Positions 37,421 to 46,856 of a DNA stretch of 64,000 nucleotides are shown here, piece by piece. The stretch comes from Ginsengibacter sp. GTDB taxonomy: Bacteria; Bacteroidota; Bacteroidia; Chitinophagales; Chitinophagaceae. The notes below the pieces were generated by a model, which had not been told where the DNA came from, did not search any database, and saw nothing but the letters and a program-made list of their open reading frames with translations. Position 1 is the first letter of the stretch. Every line of letters begins with the position of its first letter. The position numbers and the translations under genes were made by a program. The DNA is taken from positions 51,472 through 115,471 of the forward strand of contig JBQCEG010000083.1 in the NCBI GenBank assembly GCA_051960475.1. Reading direction: 5' to 3'.

Positions 37421-37445
37421 TTTTTCACATAAAAATTCATTTAGG

Positions 37446-37453
37446 TATTTTTG
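37446..37453 (+). promoter_or_regulatory. -7 promoter box TATTTTTG abutting the mnmG ATG
   Basis: TAnnTTTG match with 4 nt between the box and ATG 37458. Confidence 0.4.
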
Positions 37454-37457
37454 CCAA

Positions 37458-39320
37458 ATGTTTCAGGAATACGATGTAATTGTTGTCGGTGCAGGTCATG
37501 CGGGGTGCGAAGCAGCTGCTGCAGCCGCAAATTTGGGAAGTAAAGTGCTTCTCGTTACGATGAACATGCAAAATATGGCCCAAATGAGCTGCAATCCGGC
37601 TATGGGAGGCATAGCAAAAGGTCAGATTGTACGGGAGATCGATGCCTTGGGAGGCTATTCAGGAATCGTTTCCGACAAAAGCATGATTCAGTTCAGGATG
37701 CTGAACAGGAGCAAAGGACCCGCAATGTGGAGTCCCCGCACTCAAAATGACCGTATGCTTTTTTCTGCCACTTGGAGAAGCCTTCTTGAAAACACACCCA
37801 ATCTTGACTTTTATCAGGATTCCGTTGTTGGATTAATGAAGCATGGAGATATGATTAAAGGTGTAAAAACAGCTCAGGGGCATGAAATTTCTTCAAAAGC
37901 AGTGGTTTTGACAAATGGAACCTTCTTAAACGGAGTTATTCACATTGGTTCAAGACAATCAAAAGGAGGCAGGATGGCCGAACGTGCCTCGGAAGGGATT
38001 ACAGAACAATTAGTTGAGTGGGGTTTTGAAAGTGCAAGATTAAAAACAGGAACTCCACCGAGAATTGACGGAAGAAGCCTTGATTATTCAAAAATGGAGG
38101 AACAAAAAGGCGATAACGAGATTACCGGATTCTCCTTCCTTAATACAGAAAAGCCTGCTCAGCAGAAAAGCTGTTGGATAACTTACACAAATCCCGAGGT
38201 ACATGAGATTTTACGATCAGGATTTAATGAAAGTCCGATGTTCCAGGGAAGAATTAAAGGTACAGGACCAAGATATTGTCCAAGTATAGAAGATAAGATC
38301 AATCGATTTGCAGAAAGAGAAAGACACCAGTTATTTGTTGAACCAGAAGGCTGGAATACGATTGAAATTTATCTCAATGGGTTTTCTTCTTCTTTGTCTG
38401 AGGAAGTTCAATATAAAGCACTTAAAAAAATCCCAGGATTGGAGAATTGTAAAATGTTCCGGCCTGGATATGCGATTGAGTACGATTATTTCCCTCCAAC
38501 ACAATTAAAACACAACCTCGAGACTAAGTTGGTTAAAAACTTGTTTTTCGCAGGGCAAATAAATGGAACAACAGGCTATGAAGAAGCTGCTTGCCAGGGA
38601 ATCATGGCCGGAATAAATGCACATCAAAATATCAATAATAATGAGCCTTTTACTTTAAAGAGAAACGAAGCTTATATCGGCGTTTTAATTGATGACTTAA
38701 TTAATAAAGGAACTGATGAACCTTACAGGATGTTTACGAGTAGGGCAGAATATAGAACTCTATTGAGGCAGGATAATGCCGATCTCAGGTTAACCGAAAA
38801 AAGTTACCGCCTCAGCTTAGCTTCAGAAGAAAGAATGTCAAAAGTGATTGAGAAAAGAAAGGAAATTGATGAAATTGTTTCTTTCCTTGAGAAAATGAAA
38901 TTGGAACCGGAAGATGTTAATACTTTTTTGGAAAGCAATAATTCCGCTGTTGCGCAGCAAAAAGTCAAAGCAAGTCAAATTTTATTGAGGCCGCAAGTTA
39001 CACTTCAGGAAATGAAGCAGGCAATTTCTTCCGTTCAAACTCACTTGGATGCCTTTTCTGATGAGGCAATACAACAGGCAGAGATTCAAGTTAAGTACCA
39101 GGTCTATATCGACAAAGAAGAAGAAATGGTGAAAAAGATGCGTTTACTGGAAGAACAAATTATTCCGGAAAGTTTTAATTACGAAAATGTATCTTCCTTG
39201 TCCAACGAAGCGCGGCAAAAGTTTAAAAAAATAAGGCCACAAACACTGGGACAGGCGAGCAGGATTAGTGGCGTGAACCCGAGTGACGTACAAATCCTGA
39301 TGGTTTATATGGGTCGGTGA
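37458..39320 (+). CDS. mnmG: tRNA uridine 5-carboxymethylaminomethyl modification enzyme MnmG (GidA)
   Basis: YDVIVVGAGHAGCEAA FAD fold, GPRYCPSIEDK. 620 aa. Confidence 0.93.
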   Translation: MFQEYDVIVVGAGHAGCEAAAAAANLGSKVLLVTMNMQNMAQMSCNPAMGGIAKGQIVREIDALGGYSGIVSDKSMIQFRMLNRSKGPAMWSPRTQNDRMLFSATWRSLLENTPNLDFYQDSVVGLMKHGDMIKGVKTAQGHEISSKAVVLTNGTFLNGVIHIGSRQSKGGRMAERASEGITEQLVEWGFESARLKTGTPPRIDGRSLDYSKMEEQKGDNEITGFSFLNTEKPAQQKSCWITYTNPEVHEILRSGFNESPMFQGRIKGTGPRYCPSIEDKINRFAERERHQLFVEPEGWNTIEIYLNGFSSSLSEEVQYKALKKIPGLENCKMFRPGYAIEYDYFPPTQLKHNLETKLVKNLFFAGQINGTTGYEEAACQGIMAGINAHQNINNNEPFTLKRNEAYIGVLIDDLINKGTDEPYRMFTSRAEYRTLLRQDNADLRLTEKSYRLSLASEERMSKVIEKRKEIDEIVSFLEKMKLEPEDVNTFLESNNSAVAQQKVKASQILLRPQVTLQEMKQAISSVQTHLDAFSDEAIQQAEIQVKYQVYIDKEEEMVKKMRLLEEQIIPESFNYENVSSLSNEARQKFKKIRPQTLGQASRISGVNPSDVQILMVYMGR

Positions 39321-39346
39321 TTTTCGTGTATGCATAACCGTTATAT

Positions 39347-39868
39347 TTGAATATGAAATTAAAAACAGCACCCGAAATCAGTAAAGAAAACATTTTTGAA
39401 GAAGTAAAGAGCTTCCTCGAAGAAAATGGATTTAAAATTGTGAACTCCGACAAAACCCGTCCCTGGGGCGGTTTTTTCGTGATCGACGAAGATCAATCGC
39501 AAAAATTTATTGACCACTTTTTCCATAATGTAGAAGATTCGCAGAAGCAAAGTGAAGGAAAGATCAGCCCGAAGATTTTGATCGTGGAAAAAGGAAAACG
39601 CTTAAGCTGGCAATATCATTTTCGCCGCTCGGAATTATGGAAAGTAATTGGTGGCGAAGCGGGTGTTGTTCAAAGTGACACAGACGAAGAATCTGCTGTG
39701 CAGCGAAAAAACGTAAATGATGTAATCAAATTAAAACAAGGAGAACGCCACAGGCTTATTGGCTTAAACACCTGGGGAATCATAGCTGAGATCTGGCAGC
39801 ATACTGATGCAACTAACCCAAGTGATGAAAATGATATCGTGAGATTGCAGGATGATTTTGGAAGATGA
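39347..39868 (+). CDS. cupin-fold protein resembling the type II phosphomannose isomerase C-terminal domain
   Basis: RPWGGFFVI, GKRLSWQYHFRRSELWKV, GERHRLIGL and IAEIWQ cupin motifs. 173 aa. Confidence 0.7.
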   Translation: MNMKLKTAPEISKENIFEEVKSFLEENGFKIVNSDKTRPWGGFFVIDEDQSQKFIDHFFHNVEDSQKQSEGKISPKILIVEKGKRLSWQYHFRRSELWKVIGGEAGVVQSDTDEESAVQRKNVNDVIKLKQGERHRLIGLNTWGIIAEIWQHTDATNPSDENDIVRLQDDFGR

Positions 39869-39914
39869 ATTCTTGCTATCCTATTTCCGAAGAAGCATAA
39901 ACTAATAATAAACA

Positions 39915-39937
39915 AAAACCCCTGAAAAAGGGGTTTT
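39915..39937. terminator. bidirectional intrinsic terminator
   Basis: AAAACCCC-TGAAAAA-GGGGTTTT. The G/C core is flanked by U-runs in both orientations. It lies between the cupin gene (+) and tRNA-Phe (-). Confidence 0.7.
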
Positions 39938-39938
39938 G

Positions 39939-40011
39939 TGGTGTGGGGCGGGATCGAACCGCCGACACAAGGATTTTCAGTCCTTTGCTCTACCGACTGA
40001 GCTACCGCACC
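39939..40011 (-). tRNA. tRNA-Phe (anticodon GAA)
   Basis: Reverse complement GGTGCGGTAGCTCAGTCGGTAGAGCAAAGGACTGAAAATCCTTGTGTCGGCGGTTCGATCCCGCCCCACACCA folds as a 73-nt cloverleaf: D-arm GCTC/GAGC, anticodon loop CTGAAAA, T-arm GGCGG-TTCGATC-CCGCC. One C5:A68 acceptor mismatch. CCA is not encoded. Confidence 0.9.
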
Positions 40012-40068
40012 GATGGGCGGCAAAAATAGAATTATTCAGTTAAAATAAAAATTACTTTTTGCCTTTTT

Positions 40069-42342
40069 TTAGTTTCCGTATTCACAAAGAAATTTAATCC
40101 TCACTATTTTCAATTGCTCCCATGAATAATTGCCGTCAGCCAGCTCTTCTTTAGCAATCTCAAGGCTTGAGGTTTGGCATCCTTTAAAATAATCAATTAT
40201 TTCTTCTTCTTCATATTCATCCATCAGGTCTTCGATGGCATAATCAAGGTTTAGTTTGGTTCCACTCGCAACAATAGTTTCCATTTCTTCCAATAATTCG
40301 GGAAGTTGGAGTGTGCGGTGTTTTGCAATTGTTTCAAGCGGCATTTTCTTATCAACATTTTGTATAATGAAGATCTTATTGCTGTTTTTGTTTACTACGC
40401 TCTTCATTACAAAATCGTCGGGCTTTTCAATGTCATTTTCTTCAACATATTGAGCAATAAGGTTCACGAAAGGTTTACCAAATTTCAACGCCTTTCCCAC
40501 ACTAACTCCCTGGCATTTTTCCAACTCTTTTAATGTTGTTGGATAAAGCGTCGCCATATCGATCAGGCTGTTCTCCAGGAAAATAACAAAAGGGGGAAGG
40601 TGTCGTTTCTTTGCTTCCTGTTGACGCAATTCTTTTAACAGCTGCACTAACTTTTCATCTGCTGCACCGGCTTCACCATTATCAGCGTTATCATCGTCAT
40701 CCTCAACGTCAGTTTCATAAACATGATTAAGCGCAATCTTAAAAGAGGATGGTTTTTTCAGGAATGCTTCACCTGCACGCGTTAATTTCAAAACACCATA
40801 ATCTTCAATGTCCTTTTGGATCAGGCCTTCCAAAAGCATTTGCCTTATTAGTGAATTCCAGAAATGTTCATCCTTATCTTTTCCTGAACCAAACACAGGC
40901 TTTTCTTCGTGCCTGTACATTTTGATCTGCGGATTTAACTTACCGACAATTATAGGGATCATATAAGTTATTGGAAATCTTTCTTCCAATTCTTTTATTG
41001 CTTTCAAAGCGGTTAAAGCTTCTTCCTTAGCTTCTACAACTTCTTTTGGATTTTTACAATTATCGCACTGGCAGCCACAATTTTCTTTATCATATTTTTC
41101 TCCAAAATAATTCATCAACATTTTCCTGCGACACACCGCGCTTTCAGCATAGGCAACGGTTTCGTTGATGAGCTGAGCGCCAATTTCTCTTTCACTTAAA
41201 GATTTATCGCGCATCAAATGTTCCAGCTTGGCAACATCTTTATGTGAATAATAGAGTAAACATTTTCCTTCCAAACCATCACGCCCTGCCCGACCAGTTT
41301 CCTGGTAATAGTTTTCTATTGATTTTGGAATATTATAATGAATAACAAAACGGATGTCCGGTTTATCTATTCCCATTCCAAAAGCAATGGTTGCCACAAT
41401 CACCTGAATTTCTTCGCCCAGGAATTGGTCTTGTCTTTTTGCACGGAGCTTTGTATCCAATCCTGCATGATAAGCCACTGCCTGAATTCCGTTAGCCATC
41501 AAAGTATCAGCAAGTTCTTCGGTAGTTTTCCGGTTAAGCGTATAAATGATCCCGCTCTTTCCTTTGTTTTGTGAAATAAACTTTACAATACTTTTTATCG
41601 CCTGGTCTTTTTTAATCTTAGGAACTACTTCATAATAAAGATTGGACCTGTTAAAAGAAGAAATAAAAACATTTGGATCACGGAGGCCAAGATTTTTGAT
41701 GATATCACTTTGAACTTTTGGCGTGGCTGTGGCTGTTAAAGCGATTACCGGGCGTGACTCATCTATGTGATCCATGATTTCCCTCAAACGCCTGTATTCC
41801 GGGCGGAAGTCGTGTCCCCATTCGCTGATACAATGCGCTTCATCGACTGCAAAAAAAGAAATTTTGAGATCTTTAAAAAATTCAACATTCTCTTCCTTGG
41901 TCAATGTTTCCGGTGCAACATATAAAAGTTTGGTATGGCCCGACAACAAATCGTCCTTCACCGCTTTTTGTTGTCCTTTATTCAAAGAGCTATTCAGGAA
42001 ATGCGCGATGTTATCAGTGCTGCTGTAACCCCGTACAAGATCAACCTGGTTTTTCATCAGAGCGATCAAAGGTGAAACCACAATCGCACATCCATCGCTG
42101 ATAATTGCGGGCAATTGATAACACAGGCTTTTTCCTCCGCCGGTAGGCATTATCACAAATGTATCTCTGCCCGAGAGAAGGCTTTTAATCACTTCTTCCT
42201 GCGGTTCTTTAAAAGAATTAAAACCAAAATTTTTTTGGAGTTGTTCAGTTAGATAATTGCTAGTGAAAGTGGTGTTTTCGTTGCTATCTTTTTGAGGGGT
42301 TGATTTACGGATTTTAGGATTTTTTGATTTTATTGTCGGCAT
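40069..42342 (-). CDS. recQ: ATP-dependent DNA helicase RecQ
   Basis: MPTGGGKSLCYQLP (Walker A), DEAHCISEWGHDFRPEY (DEAH), a zinc-binding Cys cluster CGCQCDNC, and C-terminal HRDC. 757 aa. Confidence 0.93.
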   Translation of the reverse strand: MPTIKSKNPKIRKSTPQKDSNENTTFTSNYLTEQLQKNFGFNSFKEPQEEVIKSLLSGRDTFVIMPTGGGKSLCYQLPAIISDGCAIVVSPLIALMKNQVDLVRGYSSTDNIAHFLNSSLNKGQQKAVKDDLLSGHTKLLYVAPETLTKEENVEFFKDLKISFFAVDEAHCISEWGHDFRPEYRRLREIMDHIDESRPVIALTATATPKVQSDIIKNLGLRDPNVFISSFNRSNLYYEVVPKIKKDQAIKSIVKFISQNKGKSGIIYTLNRKTTEELADTLMANGIQAVAYHAGLDTKLRAKRQDQFLGEEIQVIVATIAFGMGIDKPDIRFVIHYNIPKSIENYYQETGRAGRDGLEGKCLLYYSHKDVAKLEHLMRDKSLSEREIGAQLINETVAYAESAVCRRKMLMNYFGEKYDKENCGCQCDNCKNPKEVVEAKEEALTALKAIKELEERFPITYMIPIIVGKLNPQIKMYRHEEKPVFGSGKDKDEHFWNSLIRQMLLEGLIQKDIEDYGVLKLTRAGEAFLKKPSSFKIALNHVYETDVEDDDDNADNGEAGAADEKLVQLLKELRQQEAKKRHLPPFVIFLENSLIDMATLYPTTLKELEKCQGVSVGKALKFGKPFVNLIAQYVEENDIEKPDDFVMKSVVNKNSNKIFIIQNVDKKMPLETIAKHRTLQLPELLEEMETIVASGTKLNLDYAIEDLMDEYEEEEIIDYFKGCQTSSLEIAKEELADGNYSWEQLKIVRIKFLCEYGN

Positions 42343-42594
42343 GGTTTTTCGTTTCTACTATTCAATCTAAAAAAGGTTCCAAAGTTAATTCTTTAATTGA
42401 AAATTAAGGTTAAAGTTATGATAGAGAATTAGGCTAAAAGTGGACTTTAGTGGGTTAAGATACGAAGTTTTCAGATTACTTATATAAATGGCTTCTCTTT
42501 GTTCAACCATTCAATTCAAGTAGGTTTGCAATCGTTTCGAAGAAATTCTTCATATTTGAAGCTTGAAGTTGAAAGACATATTTGATTCAGTTGA

Positions 42595-43557
42595 ATGGCA
42601 AACTCTATAATAACTACCGGTAAACGAACAATTATTGCAGAATCTAATTCTGTAGCGAACCTTGTTAATTCGATAAACGAGGATTTTGAAAAAGCGGTTT
42701 CGATGATCTTTGAATCAAAAGGACGGCTTGTAATCAGTGGAATTGGTAAGAGTGCAATCGTTGCACAAAAGATCGTTGCCTCTCTCAACAGTACGGGCAC
42801 ACCTGCAATTTTTCTTCACGCAGCTGATGCGATTCATGGAGACATTGGAATGGTACAACCTGAAGACATTGTGATCATAATCAGCAAGAGTGGTGATAGT
42901 CCGGAGATTAAAGTGCTCGTTCCTTTGATCAAGAATTTCAAAAATCAGCTTATTGCCATCTGTGGTAATAGCCAAAGTTATTTGGCAAAATGTGCTGACG
43001 TTTTCTTGGATACAACAGTTGAAGAAGAAGCTTCCCCTTATAATCTTGCACCAACAAGTAGCACAACAGCGCAAATGGTAATGGGTGATGCACTTTGTAT
43101 TTGCCTGATGGAATTACGGGGATTTAATCCCGAAGATTTTGCTAAATTCCATCCAGGCGGCACTTTAGGCAAAAAATTATACCTGAGAGTTGAAGAACTT
43201 TCGGTAAATAACGAAAAGCCTGCTGTTAATTCCGAAAGTTTTTTAAAAGATGTGATCATTGAGATTACTAAAAAGCGTTTAGGCGTAACAGTTGTATTGG
43301 ACGATAACGAAAATATAATCGGCATAATTACTGACGGAGATTTAAGACGGATGTTGGAAAAAGATTTGTATCATGCAGGTGCAAAGGCAAAAGATATAAT
43401 GAGCTCAAATCCTAAAACCATAGACAGTAAATCGCTTGCCGTGAATGCACTTGAAATTATGAGAAACAAAAACATAACTCAACTGATCGTTACAAGGGAT
43501 GCAAAATATTTTGGTATCATTCACTTACACGATTTGATAAAAGAAGGTATCATTTAA
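42595..43557 (+). CDS. kdsD: KpsF/GutQ-family arabinose-5-phosphate isomerase (SIS + tandem CBS domains)
   Basis: SGIGKSAIVAQKI SIS motif, two CBS repeats, C-terminal GIIHLHDL. Confidence 0.88.
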   Translation: MANSIITTGKRTIIAESNSVANLVNSINEDFEKAVSMIFESKGRLVISGIGKSAIVAQKIVASLNSTGTPAIFLHAADAIHGDIGMVQPEDIVIIISKSGDSPEIKVLVPLIKNFKNQLIAICGNSQSYLAKCADVFLDTTVEEEASPYNLAPTSSTTAQMVMGDALCICLMELRGFNPEDFAKFHPGGTLGKKLYLRVEELSVNNEKPAVNSESFLKDVIIEITKKRLGVTVVLDDNENIIGIITDGDLRRMLEKDLYHAGAKAKDIMSSNPKTIDSKSLAVNALEIMRNKNITQLIVTRDAKYFGIIHLHDLIKEGII

Positions 43558-43571
43558 TAACCAGAAAAACT

Positions 43572-44660
43572 ATGATAAAGAACAAGAATAATTATGTGGC
43601 CATAATGGCCGGTGGAATCGGAAGCCGCTTCTGGCCGGTTAGCAGAGTAGATCTCCCCAAACAATTTCTCGACATTTTGAACACGGGTAAAACGCTTATC
43701 CAGTCAACTTTTGAGCGGTTTGCACAATTCATTCCACTCGAAAATATTTATATTGTTACCTCTCATCAATACAAGGAAATCACGCAAAAACAATTGCCTG
43801 AACTTGCTGAAGAAAATATTGTTTGTGAGCCTTCAAGAAAAAATACCGCACCTTGTATCGCATACATTTCATACAAAATTCAACAACAGAACGAAAATGC
43901 CAATATGATTTGTGCACCAGCAGATCATCTTATTCTCGATGATGTTGCTTTTATAAAAACAAGTCTTGAAGCATTGGAGTTTACTGAGAAAAACAATGCA
44001 CTTCTGACATTGGGAATAAAACCTTTCCAGCCAAACACCGGCTATGGTTACATTCAATACGAACAACAAGCTGTAAGTGATAATATTTATAAAGTAAAAA
44101 CTTTTACAGAAAAACCGGATCTTGAGCTGGCCAAAACATTCATTGCCAGTGGTGATTTCCTTTGGAATGCAGGTATTTTTGTTTGGAAAACAAAAAGCAT
44201 AATTGCCTCTTTTGAAAAATACCTTCCTGAAATGCACGAATTGTTTGACGGAGGTAAGAACGCGATGAATTCTGAGTTGGAAAAAGAAGCCATTGAGGTG
44301 ATCTATCCATTATGCACAAATATTTCGATTGATTATGGTATACTCGAAAAAGCAGATAATGTTTATGTAATTCCTTCTTCATTTGGATGGAGCGATCTTG
44401 GCACCTGGGGAAGTGCTTATGAAAACCTTGAAAAAGATTACCATGAAAATGCCGTTGCGGGAAATAACGTGATCCTTTTTGATTCCTTCAAAAATATTAT
44501 TCATACCAATGGCGACAAACTTACTTTGTTGCAGGGATTGGATGATTTTATCGTTGTCGACACACCTGATGCTTTGTTAGTTTGCAAAAAAGAAAACGAG
44601 CAAAACATAAAAGAATACTTGACGGAAATAAGAAGAAATAAGGGAGACAAATATTTATAA
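43572..44660 (+). CDS. mannose-1-phosphate guanylyltransferase (nucleotidyltransferase domain only)
   Basis: VAIMAGGIGSRFWPVSR and GYGYI motifs. 362 aa, with no fused PMI cupin domain. Confidence 0.85.
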   Translation: MIKNKNNYVAIMAGGIGSRFWPVSRVDLPKQFLDILNTGKTLIQSTFERFAQFIPLENIYIVTSHQYKEITQKQLPELAEENIVCEPSRKNTAPCIAYISYKIQQQNENANMICAPADHLILDDVAFIKTSLEALEFTEKNNALLTLGIKPFQPNTGYGYIQYEQQAVSDNIYKVKTFTEKPDLELAKTFIASGDFLWNAGIFVWKTKSIIASFEKYLPEMHELFDGGKNAMNSELEKEAIEVIYPLCTNISIDYGILEKADNVYVIPSSFGWSDLGTWGSAYENLEKDYHENAVAGNNVILFDSFKNIIHTNGDKLTLLQGLDDFIVVDTPDALLVCKKENEQNIKEYLTEIRRNKGDKYL

Positions 44661-44681
44661 ATCCTGCACTTAAAAAGTAAG

Positions 44682-45848
44682 GTGATGGAAAATCTTCCCA
44701 AAAGCAAATTGCCTGAAACAGGTGTTTCTATTTTCACTGTAATGAGCGTATTGGCTGCAAAGCATAATGCAATCAACCTTGGACAGGGAACTCCTGATTT
44801 TGATATAAACCCTGAATTAATTGAATTGGTGTGCAAAGCAATGAAAGATGGCCATAATCAGTACGCACATCGAAATGGGTTGCTGGCGTTAAGAGAAGTA
44901 ATTTCAGAAAAGATAGAATTTTTGTACAAAACAAAAGTTGATCCTGCAACAGAAATTACAATTACTCCCGGTGCTACTTATGCGATCTATACAGCATTGA
45001 CAACCGTTCTGAACCCGGGAGATGAAGTGATCGTTTTTGAACCGGCTTATGATAGTTATGTACCGAATATTAAAGTGAATGGAGCCAAACCGGTATTGAT
45101 CCAATTAAAATATCCCGATTATAAAATTGATTGGAATGAGGTAATGAAAAAAATCACTCCGGCTACCAGGATGATCATGTTGAATTCGCCGAACAACCCG
45201 ACGGGAAAAATTTTGACAAAATCGGATATTGAACAATTACGAGAAATTACTGAAGACACTGATATTCTAATTCTAAGCGATGAGGTTTATGAACCGATTA
45301 TTTTTGATGGAAATGAACATGAAAGTATTTTGAAATACCCGGACTTACTGGAAAGAAGTTTTGTAGTTTTTTCTTTTGGAAAAGTTTATCAATGTACCGG
45401 TTGGAAAATGGGATATTGCGTTGCTTGCAATGATCTGATGCAGGAGTTTTTAAAAGTTCATCAGTACAATTGCTTTTGCTCTAATTCACCCATACAATAT
45501 GCACTTGTTTCTTTTGCGAAGCAGAAAAATGAATATTTACAATTAGCGGTTTTTTTTCAAAAAAAGAGAAATTACTTTCAATCAAAAATGGAAAGTACAC
45601 ACTTTAAACCTCTTCCTTCTTCAGGTAGTTATTTTCAATTGTACAGCTATGAAAATATTTCTGATGAAAATGAATTTGAATTTGCAAAAAGACTTACTGA
45701 AAAAGCTGGGGTAGCTTCCATTCCTGTTTCTGCATTTTACCAAAACGGAATTCAGAATAACGTCTTACGTTTTTGCTTTGCAAAAAAAGAACAAACACTC
45801 GATGAAGCGGTCCAACGACTACTGTATTTTCAAAATAACGAAGTATAA
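44682..45848 (+). CDS. class I/II PLP-dependent aminotransferase (methionine aminotransferase/YbdL-like)
   Basis: LGQGTPDF, NSPNNPTG and SFGKVYQCTGWKMGY (PLP Lys) motifs. Confidence 0.85.
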   Translation: MMENLPKSKLPETGVSIFTVMSVLAAKHNAINLGQGTPDFDINPELIELVCKAMKDGHNQYAHRNGLLALREVISEKIEFLYKTKVDPATEITITPGATYAIYTALTTVLNPGDEVIVFEPAYDSYVPNIKVNGAKPVLIQLKYPDYKIDWNEVMKKITPATRMIMLNSPNNPTGKILTKSDIEQLREITEDTDILILSDEVYEPIIFDGNEHESILKYPDLLERSFVVFSFGKVYQCTGWKMGYCVACNDLMQEFLKVHQYNCFCSNSPIQYALVSFAKQKNEYLQLAVFFQKKRNYFQSKMESTHFKPLPSSGSYFQLYSYENISDENEFEFAKRLTEKAGVASIPVSAFYQNGIQNNVLRFCFAKKEQTLDEAVQRLLYFQNNEV

Positions 45849-46025
45849 TCAATTTGTTTTGAAAGACTTTTACTTATAAAAAGTGGGCAAAGCATTCGCA
45901 TTTAGGTAAAAAAATCAACAATTCTGCAATAAAATTTCAACCCTTTCTATTATAGTTGACTTAAATTATTGATGGAACATATTTTGTTCAACTTGCCTAT
46001 ATCATTAATCTTAAATCGAAATTTT

Positions 46026-46622
46026 ATGAAAAAGGTAAGTATTGCTACAACAATTGCAGCAGCAATTATTCTTGGTGCGTGCAATGGAAATACAAATTCT
46101 ACAAGCACAACCGACAGCACAAATACAATGAGTTCATCCTCCGACACAGGAATGAATACTATGAACAACTCAGATACTTCGCATGCAACAGTGAGCCAGG
46201 ATGCAGTGAATTTCGTTCAGGAAGCAGCATCCGGAGGAATGATGGAAGTACAACTCGGAAATATTGCTCAAAAGAATTCAAATAATAAGGCCATAAAAGA
46301 TTATGGTAAAATGCTCGCTGATGACCATTCAAGCGCCAACGACAAATTGAAAGACATTGCAAGCAAGAAAAATATAACCGTTCCTAATACTGTTACCAGT
46401 GATCAACAAAACAAAATAGATAAATTAAGCAAGGAAACTGGAACCGCCTTCGACAAAGACTTTATTTCAATGGCTGTTGATGATCATCAAAATGACATTG
46501 ATAAATTCAAGAAAGCGGAAGACAATATCCAGGATCCCGATCTTAAGGATTTTATAGCAAAGACACTTCCTACACTTCAAAAACATTTGGATAAAGCAAA
46601 AGAAATTAAGAAGAAAATGTAA
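46026..46622 (+). CDS. DUF4142 (ferritin-like) lipoprotein
   Basis: The track ORF starts at 45969. ATG 46026 gives MKKVSIATTIAAAIILGAC (lipobox). Two repeats of the DUF4142 pattern (EVQLGNIA...YGKMLADDH and FISMAVDDHQN). Confidence 0.75.
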   Translation: MKKVSIATTIAAAIILGACNGNTNSTSTTDSTNTMSSSSDTGMNTMNNSDTSHATVSQDAVNFVQEAASGGMMEVQLGNIAQKNSNNKAIKDYGKMLADDHSSANDKLKDIASKKNITVPNTVTSDQQNKIDKLSKETGTAFDKDFISMAVDDHQNDIDKFKKAEDNIQDPDLKDFIAKTLPTLQKHLDKAKEIKKKM

Positions 46623-46657
46623 TTACAAAAAAGAAAATGTAAATACCAGGGATAAAA

Positions 46658-46690
46658 GGGAGTGCCATCGTGTGCTCCTTTTTTTTTTAT
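46658..46690 (+). terminator. intrinsic terminator
   Basis: GGAGTGC-CATCGT-GTGCTCC hairpin followed by at least 10 T. Confidence 0.65.
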
Positions 46691-46798
46691 TTATCCTTAA
46701 CTACCTGATTCTACAGCCTTCTGCTGAATATTTTTTAATCAACTAAAATAGTTAACATTTTTATACTAAATTTATTAGTGTTAATAAATTTTAATTTC

Positions 46799-46806
46799 TA
46801 TATTTG
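46799..46806 (+). promoter_or_regulatory. -7 promoter box TATATTTG for recA
   Basis: TAnnTTTG match 50 nt upstream of ATG 46857. Confidence 0.4.
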
Positions 46807-46856
46807 TACATCAAATACCTTTACAATTAATAAATCTCACCTAATACCAAAAAGTT

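Noticed and set aside
39670-40023. 117-aa minus-strand ORF spanning the cupin gene 3' end, the terminator and tRNA-Phe.
   Set aside because: It reads straight through a canonical tRNA gene and a terminator hairpin. The translation of the tRNA segment (GAVAQSVEQRTENPCVGGSIP) is the classic tRNA-shadow artefact.
39869-40068. tRNA-Phe as a possible integration site or genomic-island boundary.
   Set aside because: No integrase, no direct repeat of the tRNA 3' end, and the flanking genes (cupin/mnmG, recQ) are core housekeeping genes with the same composition.
39347-44660. A split ManC: the GMP-transferase domain gene (43572..44660) and a stand-alone PMI-like cupin (39347..39868) lie 4 kb apart. 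Considered as a gene-fission event.
   Set aside because: Stand-alone versions of both domains are common, and the two genes are separated by tRNA-Phe, recQ and kdsD on mixed strands. There is no evidence of a functional pairing from sequence alone.
46623-46856. Search for a LexA/SOS-type operator upstream of recA. The best candidate is TTAACA...TGTTAA with a nested ACTAA-N5-TTAGT around 46752..46783.
   Set aside because: The arms are short, AT-rich and interrupted by a 7-nt bulge. I know of no established Bacteroidota SOS box to compare with, so it is indistinguishable from chance.
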